From Candidatus Poseidoniaceae archaeon (GTDB lineage Archaea > Thermoplasmatota > Poseidoniia > Poseidoniales > Poseidoniaceae): a DNA stretch of 23,281 nucleotides. A model generated the notes under the pieces. That model was not told the origin of the DNA, searched no databases, and was given only the letters and a program-made list of their open reading frames with translations. Numbering within the stretch: position 1 is the first letter of the stretch; each line of letters starts with the position of its first letter. The stretch is taken from contig CBFIJH010000019.1 of assembly GCA_965662895.1 (NCBI GenBank), positions 1 to 23,281 of the forward strand, read 5' to 3'. Positions 15,821 to 23,281 of this stretch are shown here, in pieces. Position numbers and translations under genes: made by a program.

Positions 15821-16045
15821 ATGGCAGAACGGACGTATGACCGAACATGGGAAGAAATTGAAACCATGCTTGCTCGTGCTGAGAAGAAGATGCGGAAGTG
15901 GAAAGACTTCTTCGAAGATTGTCGTGATCGGGGTGACCGTGACGGAATGAAGGACGCTGCTCGAAATTTCAAAGCGCTTGAAGGTGTCATTAAGACACTC
16001 AAGTGGACACTTGGAGATGTGACCGTCGACACGCCATTGGAATGA
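15821..16045 (+). CDS. Small helical hypothetical protein
   Basis: 74-aa ORF from ATG 15821 (ARNFKALEGVIKTLKWTLG) converging directly on the pdxS stop. Confidence 0.7.
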   Translation: MAERTYDRTWEEIETMLARAEKKMRKWKDFFEDCRDRGDRDGMKDAARNFKALEGVIKTLKWTLGDVTVDTPLE

Positions 16046-17038
16046 TTACCAACCGCGCTGATCGAGGCGAATTTCAAGCGTTTCAAGTTCGTCTCCCTTC
16101 ATTGGGTCACCTTCCGTCATCGCCATCGCTTCTGCCACCTTCGAAGCATCGTCGTAATGGGCTGTTGCCATCACAATTGCATCCGCCATGTTTGGTGGGT
16201 CGTCCGACTTGAAGATTCCAGAGCCGACAAAGATTCCATCCAATCCCATTCGCATCATGTGTGAAGCGTCCGCAGGCGTAGCAATTCCACCTGCTGAGAA
16301 GGTAACGACTGGTAATCGGCCGAGTGATTTGACTTCATCGAGAACGCCACGTATCGATGCTCGCATGGTGTCATCAATGGTTCCGAATGGTGTTTCAAGG
16401 TGCGTGCCAGGGAGCTTGGAGGTGTCTGCGAGAACTCTGTATCGCTCAAGAATGAGATCGGCGGTTTCGTCGAGCAATGCATCATCCATGGACTGAACTT
16501 GCTTAATTTCCTGAGTAATCAATCGAGAGTGCGTAACGGCTGCAACAAGGTTGCCTGTCCCTGCTTCACCTTTGGTTCGAATCATTGCAGCACCTTCGTG
16601 AATTCGACGAACAGCTTCACCGAGTTCAGTAGCACCACAAACGAATGGAATGTCGTAGTCTTTCTTGTTGATGTGGAAGAAAGGATCGGCTGGAGTGAGT
16701 ACTTCGGATTCATCAACCATGTCAACACCCATGGCTTCGAGGATTCTTGCTTCACCCTCGTGGCCAATACGGGCTTTTGCCATGACGGGGATCGATGTGC
16801 AGTCAAGAATTCCTTGAATCATGTCGGGGTGACTCATACGGGCAACACCGCCGGCCTTCCGAATATCTGCTGGTACGCGCTCAAGCGCCATGACTGCGAC
16901 TGCTCCAGCATCTTCGGCCACTGCTGCTTGTTCAGCATCAACGACGTCCATGATGACACCGCCCTGTTGCATTCGAGCAAACCCTCGCTTGAGCAAATCG
17001 CTACCATGGCGAAGTTGTGAAAAGTCTGTACGAGTCAT
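16046..17038 (-). CDS. pdxS: Pyridoxal 5'-phosphate synthase lyase subunit
   Basis: [69 protein letters not shown]. Confidence 0.96.
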   Translation of the reverse strand: MTRTDFSQLRHGSDLLKRGFARMQQGGVIMDVVDAEQAAVAEDAGAVAVMALERVPADIRKAGGVARMSHPDMIQGILDCTSIPVMAKARIGHEGEARILEAMGVDMVDESEVLTPADPFFHINKKDYDIPFVCGATELGEAVRRIHEGAAMIRTKGEAGTGNLVAAVTHSRLITQEIKQVQSMDDALLDETADLILERYRVLADTSKLPGTHLETPFGTIDDTMRASIRGVLDEVKSLGRLPVVTFSAGGIATPADASHMMRMGLDGIFVGSGIFKSDDPPNMADAIVMATAHYDDASKVAEAMAMTEGDPMKGDELETLEIRLDQRGW

Positions 17039-17099
17039 GGGTATCAATCCGTTCGGGGGTTTCCCCCTTCAAGAAGGTTGGTCAGCGCCCACAGTCGAA

Positions 17100-17375
17100 T
17101 CAGGAGCCAAGTACTGGGGAATCGCCTTCTGCGATCGGAGCATCTGCTGCTTCGGTTTCGTTCCTCTCAATCCATTCTTCTTCTTCGTCAGGAACATCGG
17201 TGTCAGCGAAGATGGCTTCAACTGGGCACTCAGGAACACATGCTCCACAGTCGATGCACTCGTCCGGGTCGATGACCAGATAGGTATCCATTTCACGAAA
17301 TGCTTCAACAGGGCAAACTGCGACGCAATCTTGGTACTTGTGATTCATGCATGCTGAGGTGACAACGTGAGTCAT
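17100..17375 (-). CDS. fdxA: 7Fe (FdxA/Azotobacter FdI-type) ferredoxin
   Basis: [23 protein letters not shown]...[21 protein letters not shown]; true start at ATG 17375. Confidence 0.88.
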   Translation of the reverse strand: MTHVVTSACMNHKYQDCVAVCPVEAFREMDTYLVIDPDECIDCGACVPECPVEAIFADTDVPDEEEEWIERNETEAADAPIAEGDSPVLGS

Positions 17376-17433
17376 GATTTTCGGATTGTCATCAAGTACT
17401 TGAATGCTGTTCATTTGATCATTTGAGTTTAGG

Positions 17434-17844
17434 TTATCCGAAAACTTGCTCTGCGATGGATTGCACCTCTTGGCCAGGATAAACTGCAAGTTTGATTCTG
17501 ATTTTGATGACAGGGATTTTTTGCTGCGGTTGAGCAAGGACGACGTCCTGCCCAATCACGGATTCCAGACAAAGTCGAAGATGGAGTACATTGTTCTCGT
17601 CCAGTCGTTCATTCAGTTCTGAAAGAAGGGTTGAATGGTGCGGCTTTAGTTTTGATAGAAAGGCATCAACCAACTTGTTCTTCTTGATCTGCGTTGAGAG
17701 CATTGCAACTTTTGGACCGTGATACGAAGTCGTCATGTCCACGGACCATTCGGTTTCCGTCAGCCAATTCAACGCTTGGTCGATCAAATCAAAGTCCTGC
17801 AATTCATGTGCAGTTGCCGCAGCATGAACGTGAAGGATGCCCAT
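17434..17844 (-). CDS. Archaeal RNA-binding protein (DUF54/PF01877-like)
   Basis: [36 protein letters not shown] pattern. Confidence 0.7.
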   Translation of the reverse strand: MGILHVHAAATAHELQDFDLIDQALNWLTETEWSVDMTTSYHGPKVAMLSTQIKKNKLVDAFLSKLKPHHSTLLSELNERLDENNVLHLRLCLESVIGQDVVLAQPQQKIPVIKIRIKLAVYPGQEVQSIAEQVFG

Positions 17845-17968
17845 AAAATGACGTCGCATCGTCAAGGTCATGAGGTTTGCCGCTCGTCTTTTCCATCAAT
17901 TTGCTTCAAATAGGTGATGTATGTCGGTGGAATGCTAGAGGGGTAGCCCCCTCAAGATACCCTCCGAG

Positions 17969-18958
17969 ATGAGTGACATGGCAAAGAAGATTAGCGCTAA
18001 AGCGCGAGCAGCAGCCCGTAAGCAGAGAGATAAGTGGAAGACCAAGCGTTGGTACACAATCCGAGCGCCTCGACACCCATGGAATTACCAAAACATTGGT
18101 GAGACCATCGGTGAGTCCGACGAACACATCATCGGTCGTATCTACGAGATGACCCAGCAAGAATTCAACGGTGATTTTACCAAGATGCACGTTATGCTGC
18201 GCTTCCGAGTTTCTGGAACTGTAGGGCAAGATGCTTTGACCACATTTGTCGGTCACCACCACCAAACCAATCACATTCGACGTCAAATCCGCCGATACCG
18301 TGGGAAGATCGACGATGTTCTCGACGTCGTTACCGAAGATGGTTTCTTGGTCCGAATCAAGCCGTTGATCATCACACAAAAGCGAATCCAAACCTCGGTT
18401 AAACAATCCATCCGTGCGAAAACACGCGACGTTGTGCTTGGCTTTGCTGCAAAATCCACCTATGATGCATTGCAGGTTGCAATGCTTGATGGATCGCTTG
18501 AGTCTGAAATACAGAACCAAATCAAGAGCATCTATCCCTGTCGGTCGGTCGTCATCCGCAAGAGCCAACTTCTCCAAGAAGGTGTCGAGATGGACCAAGG
18601 TCCTACGCTTGACGAGATTCACGCAGAAGAGGCCCGCCGAGAAGCCGAAATCAAGGCCAAGAAGGCTGCAGCACTTGCTGAAGCCATGGCCGAAGAAGAG
18701 TTTGAAGGAGACGATGACGAAGCAGAAGATTCTGAAGAAGACGCAGTCGAAGAGGTTGCAGAGGCTGAAGAAGCGCCTGCAGAAGAGGAAGCAATTGTCG
18801 AAGAAGCCTCTGAAGAAGAGGCTCCTGCTGAAGAAGCATCCTTCGATGATGTTGATTACAGTTCAATGACCGTTGCAGAACTCAAGGAACTACTCAAGGC
18901 GGCAGGTAAGCCTGTCTCCGGAAAGAAGGCTGAACTTATCGAGCGCCTGCAAGAGTAA
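17969..18958 (+). CDS. rps3ae: 30S ribosomal protein S3Ae (eS1) with acidic linker and C-terminal SAP domain
   Basis: DKWKTKRWYTIRAP, IGET, GRIYE.T, IRRQIRR...KID, IYP.RSV.IRKS; tail MTVAELKELLKAAGKPVSGKKAELIERL. Confidence 0.93.
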   Translation: MSDMAKKISAKARAAARKQRDKWKTKRWYTIRAPRHPWNYQNIGETIGESDEHIIGRIYEMTQQEFNGDFTKMHVMLRFRVSGTVGQDALTTFVGHHHQTNHIRRQIRRYRGKIDDVLDVVTEDGFLVRIKPLIITQKRIQTSVKQSIRAKTRDVVLGFAAKSTYDALQVAMLDGSLESEIQNQIKSIYPCRSVVIRKSQLLQEGVEMDQGPTLDEIHAEEARREAEIKAKKAAALAEAMAEEEFEGDDDEAEDSEEDAVEEVAEAEEAPAEEEAIVEEASEEEAPAEEASFDDVDYSSMTVAELKELLKAAGKPVSGKKAELIERLQE

Positions 18959-18998
18959 TCAGCGAACATTTGACAACCCTTGACGAAGAGGGACGGTC

Positions 18999-19784
18999 AT
19001 GCAGCGTCTTGCCATCATTGGTGGAACGGGTCTTCTCAACATGGCAACAGGGCAACCTTTTGCGGATGCTGGACTCGAAGTACTTGCAACGGATTCGTTT
19101 GAAGTTGAAACGCCATACGGCAATGTTCCACTGAAGTCGTTTCAACTCCGACACGGTTCAACAGAGAAGACCCTCGTCTTCCTTCAGCGTCACCACAACG
19201 AAGGTAAGCCAAACAAACCACCTCACAACATCAACCACCATGCCAACATCTGGGCACTGAAGCATGCCAATATGGACGCAGTTCTTTCTGTCTGTTCTGT
19301 GGGTTGCATCATCGAAGATTTCCCTCCAGGACGCGTCGGATTGGCCAATCAATACATCGACTTTACGGGACAAACAACAACCTTCCACGATGAAGAGGCT
19401 GAGTTTACCTCGGTGACAGTCCCATTCGATGAAGCCATGAATGCATCATTAGAGACGGTTCTACGGAAGGATCAGAATCTAGCCGATGAACGCCTCTTCT
19501 TCACATACTGGCTTGCACAAGGCCCTCAATTTGAAACGGCAGCAGAAGTTCTCGCCATCGAGAAACTTGGTGGCCATGTTGTGGGAATGACCATGCCTCG
19601 AGAAGCCAAGCTTTGTCGAGAAGTCGAGATGCCATATGCAGCATTGCTCATTGGTTCAAACTGGGCTGCTGGAAAGGAACCAGGTGATGCAAACGCAGAT
19701 TTGAGTCATGAGGCTGTCTCAGCAGAAGCCAATCGTCGACTCGGTCCCGTCTGGGCGTGCATCACCTCATTGCTGACACAATGA
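18999..19784 (+). CDS. MTAP-family purine nucleoside phosphorylase (probably methylthioinosine/6-oxopurine type)
   Basis: AIIGGTG, VETPYG, FLQRH, PPH.IN..ANIWALK, GPQFETAAE, VVGMT..REA.L, NWAAG. Confidence 0.88.
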   Translation: MQRLAIIGGTGLLNMATGQPFADAGLEVLATDSFEVETPYGNVPLKSFQLRHGSTEKTLVFLQRHHNEGKPNKPPHNINHHANIWALKHANMDAVLSVCSVGCIIEDFPPGRVGLANQYIDFTGQTTTFHDEEAEFTSVTVPFDEAMNASLETVLRKDQNLADERLFFTYWLAQGPQFETAAEVLAIEKLGGHVVGMTMPREAKLCREVEMPYAALLIGSNWAAGKEPGDANADLSHEAVSAEANRRLGPVWACITSLLTQ

Positions 19785-19812
19785 TTTAGTGCGTTCAACA
19801 AAACCAAGCATT

Positions 19813-20181
19813 ATGGAACCATTCTCGGTTGAATCTTGGCTTGCATCTGATGATGAAGATGTTTGGACTGGAATGATGAAACGCGTTGCAGCTTTTCATC
19901 ACAAGCACGACTTTGCTGGAAACAACGGCCATGACATGGGTTATCGAATCGCTTTAACCGTTGAAGAACTCGGTGAACTTGCAGCAGCCATCACCAAGAA
20001 CAAACCGATTGAAGAAGTTGCAGAAGAAATGGCTGACGTTCTTATTCTTCTGATGGGGCATTCACTGGCAATGAACATTGATCTCAAAGCCTCATTTGAA
20101 GCGAAAGTTGACAAGATTATGCAACGGCCTGCTCGAAAAGGACGACTCGGTATTCGAGTCACAGAATACACCGATTCATGA
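19813..20181 (+). CDS. MazG-like nucleotide pyrophosphohydrolase
   Basis: LTVEELGELAAAI...VAEEMADVLILL (EExxE...ExxD). Confidence 0.85.
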   Translation: MEPFSVESWLASDDEDVWTGMMKRVAAFHHKHDFAGNNGHDMGYRIALTVEELGELAAAITKNKPIEEVAEEMADVLILLMGHSLAMNIDLKASFEAKVDKIMQRPARKGRLGIRVTEYTDS

Positions 20182-20682
20182 TTTTGTCAGAATCATGTAT
20201 GTTGTCGGATGTTCGTTCACAGGACTCTGTGGAGTCGATTCAACGACTTCTCGATGCCACTCATCGCCAAACAGTCGAACTTTGACATCACCAGAATTTG
20301 ATGTCTCTACGGATGTGAGATGAATCTCTTCAACCATGTCGCGACATTGTTCGTACACGTTTGCACCTCCAATAATCCAACATTCATCACATTTTTTGGT
20401 CTTTGCAAAATCAATACCATCCTCTATAGAATAAACGACTTCCGCATTGGACAAGGTATAGTCACGGTTCCGCGTCACCACGATGTTGATGCGATCGACA
20501 AGGGGCCGATACATTTCTGGTATTGTTTCCCAAGTCGTTCGTCCCATGAGTACTGCACTGCTTCCTGTGCCCAACGTTAAGCGCTTGAAGCGAAGCATGT
20601 CCGACCGAAGGCGCCATGGCAATCCATTTTCTTTGCCGATGCAACCATCCAAATCCATGGCAAGGATCATTTTCAGTTGCAT
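20176..20682 (-). CDS. folA: Dihydrofolate reductase
   Basis: IGKENGLPWRL.SDM.RFK, MGRTTWETI, RPL.DR.NIV.TR, WIIGGA.VY. Confidence 0.93.
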   Translation of the reverse strand: MQLKMILAMDLDGCIGKENGLPWRLRSDMLRFKRLTLGTGSSAVLMGRTTWETIPEMYRPLVDRINIVVTRNRDYTLSNAEVVYSIEDGIDFAKTKKCDECWIIGGANVYEQCRDMVEEIHLTSVETSNSGDVKVRLFGDEWHREVVESTPQSPVNEHPTTYMILTKS

Positions 20683-20687
20683 AGAAA

Positions 20688-21482
20688 TCAAACCGAGATA
20701 GGTGCCGAGATGTGCGGGTGGTGTTCGTAACCAACCACTTCGATATCATCATAGGTGAATCCATCAATGTCCATGATGGATTCATCGAGTTTCAAGGTTG
20801 GAAGCGGAAGGGGTTCTCTGCTAATTTGCTCCCGAGCCTGATCAAGGTGATTCATGTACAGGTGTGCATCGCCGAGTGTGTGGACAAATGTTCCAGCCTC
20901 AAGCCCGCATACCTGAGCCATCATGTGCGTCAACAACGCATAGGAAGCAATGTTGAATGGTACACCTAGGAAAACATCAGCGCTTCGTTGATACAGTTGG
21001 CAATTCAATTTACCATCAGCGACATGGAATTGAAAGAAAGCATGACAAGGCATCAATGCCATCTCATCCAGCTCACCGACGTTCCACGCTGAAACAATGA
21101 TGCGTCGACTGTTGGGATTGGTTTTGATTTGTTCAATGGCGTGTTCAACTTGATCGATAATGCGCCCATCTTTCGCTTCCCATTTTCTCCATTGTTTGCC
21201 GTAAACTGGTCCAAGGTCACCGTTTTCATCAGCCCATTCGTTCCAGATTCGAACGCCGTTCTCTTGGAGGTATTTGACGTTGGTATCACCTTTGAGGAAC
21301 CAAAGCAATTCATGAACAATGGAACGTAGGTGAAGTTTCTTTGTCGTCACCATCGGGAAGCCTTCGGACAAATCAAAACGCATCTGATAACCAAATACTG
21401 AGAGCGTACCGGTTCCCGTTCTGTCACCTTTTTCCACACCGTTGTCGAGAATGTGTTTCATCAGGTCAAGATACTCTTGCAT
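20688..21482 (-). CDS. thyA: Thymidylate synthase, bacterial type (264 aa)
   Basis: [57 protein letters not shown]; SD-like GGTGAG before ATG 21482. Confidence 0.97.
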   Translation of the reverse strand: MQEYLDLMKHILDNGVEKGDRTGTGTLSVFGYQMRFDLSEGFPMVTTKKLHLRSIVHELLWFLKGDTNVKYLQENGVRIWNEWADENGDLGPVYGKQWRKWEAKDGRIIDQVEHAIEQIKTNPNSRRIIVSAWNVGELDEMALMPCHAFFQFHVADGKLNCQLYQRSADVFLGVPFNIASYALLTHMMAQVCGLEAGTFVHTLGDAHLYMNHLDQAREQISREPLPLPTLKLDESIMDIDGFTYDDIEVVGYEHHPHISAPISV

Positions 21483-21533
21483 GTGCTCACCAAAGGTCTG
21501 TCGTTGATGGAAGCCCTTGAGGCTTACCAAGCA

Positions 21534-22319
21534 TCAGGGAGCACCAAGCGCCTGAATGCTTCCCATCAATTGGTCAGTGAACCGTCGATACATGTTGGCT
21601 AATTCGCTTCGAATTTCATGCTCTTCCTTGTCAGCGAGTTGCTTCAAGGACTCGGCGGTTTGATTCCCTCCGTTCACATCCGTCAACCATTGGTACCAGG
21701 TCACGCCTTCACCTGAGTGGAACCGAACTGGTCGATGCAATCGAGGGACCTTATGCTGTTGTGGTTGCATCATCGCTCGTGTCCCAATCAGTGCAATTGG
21801 AACCACAACGCAATTCGGATAAGAAGCAGCTAATCGAGCAACGCCAGTCTTTCCTGGCAACAAGAATGGAGATTCCGTTCGTTTGGAGCGCGTTCCTTCA
21901 GGAAAAATGCCCAATGCCCGACCTTGATCGAGAACATCAGCAGCACTGGATAATGCATCAAGGCCACCACTTTCTCGCTGTGTTTCGATTTGTCCAGTCG
22001 ATTTCATAACAAATCGAGTCCAGAATTTCTTGAAGTGACCATCCTTTGCAAGGTAATGTGTTGTTCTCCTGGAAGCGAGAATGACCATAATTGGATCGAC
22101 GTGCGAGAGATGATTTGCAGCAAGAATGACGCCTCCTTTTCGGGGAATGTGATGCTCGCCTCGAATTCTTAGTCGTAGAAGAAAACGAAACGTTGGTACG
22201 AGGGTTAAGCGCAAGAAGTTGTAAAACAAAAAACGGGAAGGCTTGTTGCCAGTTGTTGGAATCAACCAATGTTCACGCAACGCTTCCCACGCAGCGACGA
22301 CCTGTTGGTCTGGCTCCAT
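21534..22319 (-). CDS. plsC: PlsC-like lysophospholipid acyltransferase
   Basis: NHLSHVD (HX4D), YLAK, IFPEGTRS, GKTGVARLA, VVPIAL. Confidence 0.88.
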   Translation of the reverse strand: MEPDQQVVAAWEALREHWLIPTTGNKPSRFLFYNFLRLTLVPTFRFLLRLRIRGEHHIPRKGGVILAANHLSHVDPIMVILASRRTTHYLAKDGHFKKFWTRFVMKSTGQIETQRESGGLDALSSAADVLDQGRALGIFPEGTRSKRTESPFLLPGKTGVARLAASYPNCVVVPIALIGTRAMMQPQQHKVPRLHRPVRFHSGEGVTWYQWLTDVNGGNQTAESLKQLADKEEHEIRSELANMYRRFTDQLMGSIQALGAP

Positions 22320-22381
22320 ATTTGTCGCTGAACATCAAAGGTTTTCATCATTGTGAACTGAAGAGGCGTAAAGATTCGATT

Positions 22382-23026
22382 TCATTCCTCTTCAGACCAT
22401 GTACGTCGCATGACTCTGCCAGCCAACTCGCCGGCATCGAAGGCTTCCATGTCGTGTTCAACGATGAAATGCATGACCAATTCATGTTGAGCAACCATTT
22501 GCTTACATGTTGGACATTCATGCATTCTCACTTGTTTCATGCCCATGAATTCCATACGGCCTTGATGCGTGGATAGTCGACGTCCAGTTCGCATCAGGAC
22601 GGAAACGAAGACAAATGTGAACAAAACGATGAAGCAACCAAAGCCGAGGAAGACACCAGATGGTGGTGGATTTTGTTTGAGTTTGATGTCTTGAATCATT
22701 TGACTGTTGGATGAATCACGATGGGCCTGTATGTCGATGGTATGTGTGAAATTCTCACCGCGCAAGTTCAGCAAGATGTCGAGATCGTCTTCTTCATCGG
22801 TCACATCAATCATGATTGAATAGTAACCATATGCATCTGTTATGGATTGAGCACCTCGGTATTGGTAGCATGCAAAGTCGCCTGGAATGCACTGGACATA
22901 GACGTAATCGAGTGTGACGGGAGTGTTGTCCGCAAAAGTGGCTTTCCCAGTAATTCGGTAGGTTTCGGCCTGAACCGATGGAGAAAGCAGTACAATGAGG
23001 AGAATGGATAATAGCAACCTCCTCAT
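22382..23026 (-). CDS. Single-pass membrane protein with extracellular beta domain and cytoplasmic C2H2 zinc finger
   Basis: Signal peptide (SVQA), ITG...TDAYGYYSI carboxypeptidase-regulatory-like domain, TM helix, CPTC-x8-LVMH-x4-H. Confidence 0.75.
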   Translation of the reverse strand: MRRLLLSILLIVLLSPSVQAETYRITGKATFADNTPVTLDYVYVQCIPGDFACYQYRGAQSITDAYGYYSIMIDVTDEEDDLDILLNLRGENFTHTIDIQAHRDSSNSQMIQDIKLKQNPPPSGVFLGFGCFIVLFTFVFVSVLMRTGRRLSTHQGRMEFMGMKQVRMHECPTCKQMVAQHELVMHFIVEHDMEAFDAGELAGRVMRRTWSEEE

Positions 23027-23095
23027 GGTATTTGCTTCGTTCCTTGTCTTATAGTATCTTGATTCAAGCCTTAGCGTTCACAGTGAAGACTGTTC

Positions 23096-23224
23096 ATGCT
23101 TTGCGATATCATCGACGGACTCTACCTCGTCGGTGCAGGAACCCACCCAGAAGCTGGATTATCGGGTGTTCTCAATTCAGCAAAAGCCACGGTCGATCTC
23201 ATTCTTTCAGAACTTGAGAACTAA
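23096..23224 (+). pseudogene. crtI: 3' remnant of phytoene desaturase (CrtI family)
   Basis: Translates to MLCDIIDGLYLVGAGTHPEAGLSGVLNSAKATVDLILSELEN*, matching the CrtI C-terminal LYLVGAGTHPGAGxPGVxxSAKAT. In-frame TGA at 23084. Confidence 0.8.
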
Positions 23225-23225
23225 A

Positions 23226-23281
23226 CTACGAAAACCAAGGATGTCTTCCAAAATGGTTCCTTGGAACTGGTTCTCCTGTTC
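23226..23281 (-). CDS. Possible 3' end of a gene running in from beyond the window
   Basis: Frame TGEPVPRNHFGRHPWFS* ends at TAG 23226-23228, abutting the crtI relic stop. Confidence 0.3.
   Translation of the reverse strand, partial: TGEPVPRNHFGRHPWFS

Noticed and set aside
16400-18622. Long antisense ORFs (16400-17020 +, 17906-18622 -)
   Set aside because: Shadows of the codon-biased pdxS and rps3ae genes, with no recognisable motifs.
18680-18845. GAAGAAG-rich repetitive DNA
   Set aside because: Explained by Glu/Ala codons of the eS1 acidic linker.
23032-23217. 61-aa ORF from the track
   Set aside because: Out of frame with the crtI remnant, which carries the real homology signal.

Overview
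Archaeal chromosomal segment, most likely Marine Group II Euryarchaeota (Poseidoniales). This is inferred from archaeal purP, rps3ae/eS1, a KaiC-like ATPase, COG1340-like coiled-coils and long-form PdxS occurring together with bacterial-type thyA-folA, plsC and a 7Fe ferredoxin. Positions 1-2567 are an AT-richer accessory island: two small membrane genes and a divergent pair (TauD-like dioxygenase and DUF1399-like protein with a CxxxC tail), separated by four co-oriented copies of an imperfect palindromic element, which gives a cassette-array-like layout. The core region carries a eukaryote-type Cid1/TUTase-like terminal nucleotidyltransferase with the uridine-selecting His, fused to an archaeal coiled-coil and placed among three further coiled-coil paralogues, a GNAT and a KaiC-like ATPase. 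Also present: a surface protein with tandem cytoplasmic zinc ribbons, a DtxR regulator, an NDP-sugar pyrophosphorylase, pdxS, an eS1-SAP fusion, nucleotide salvage/synthesis genes, plsC and an unannotated 3' relic of crtI. All calls come from motif recognition by eye; no database search was run.
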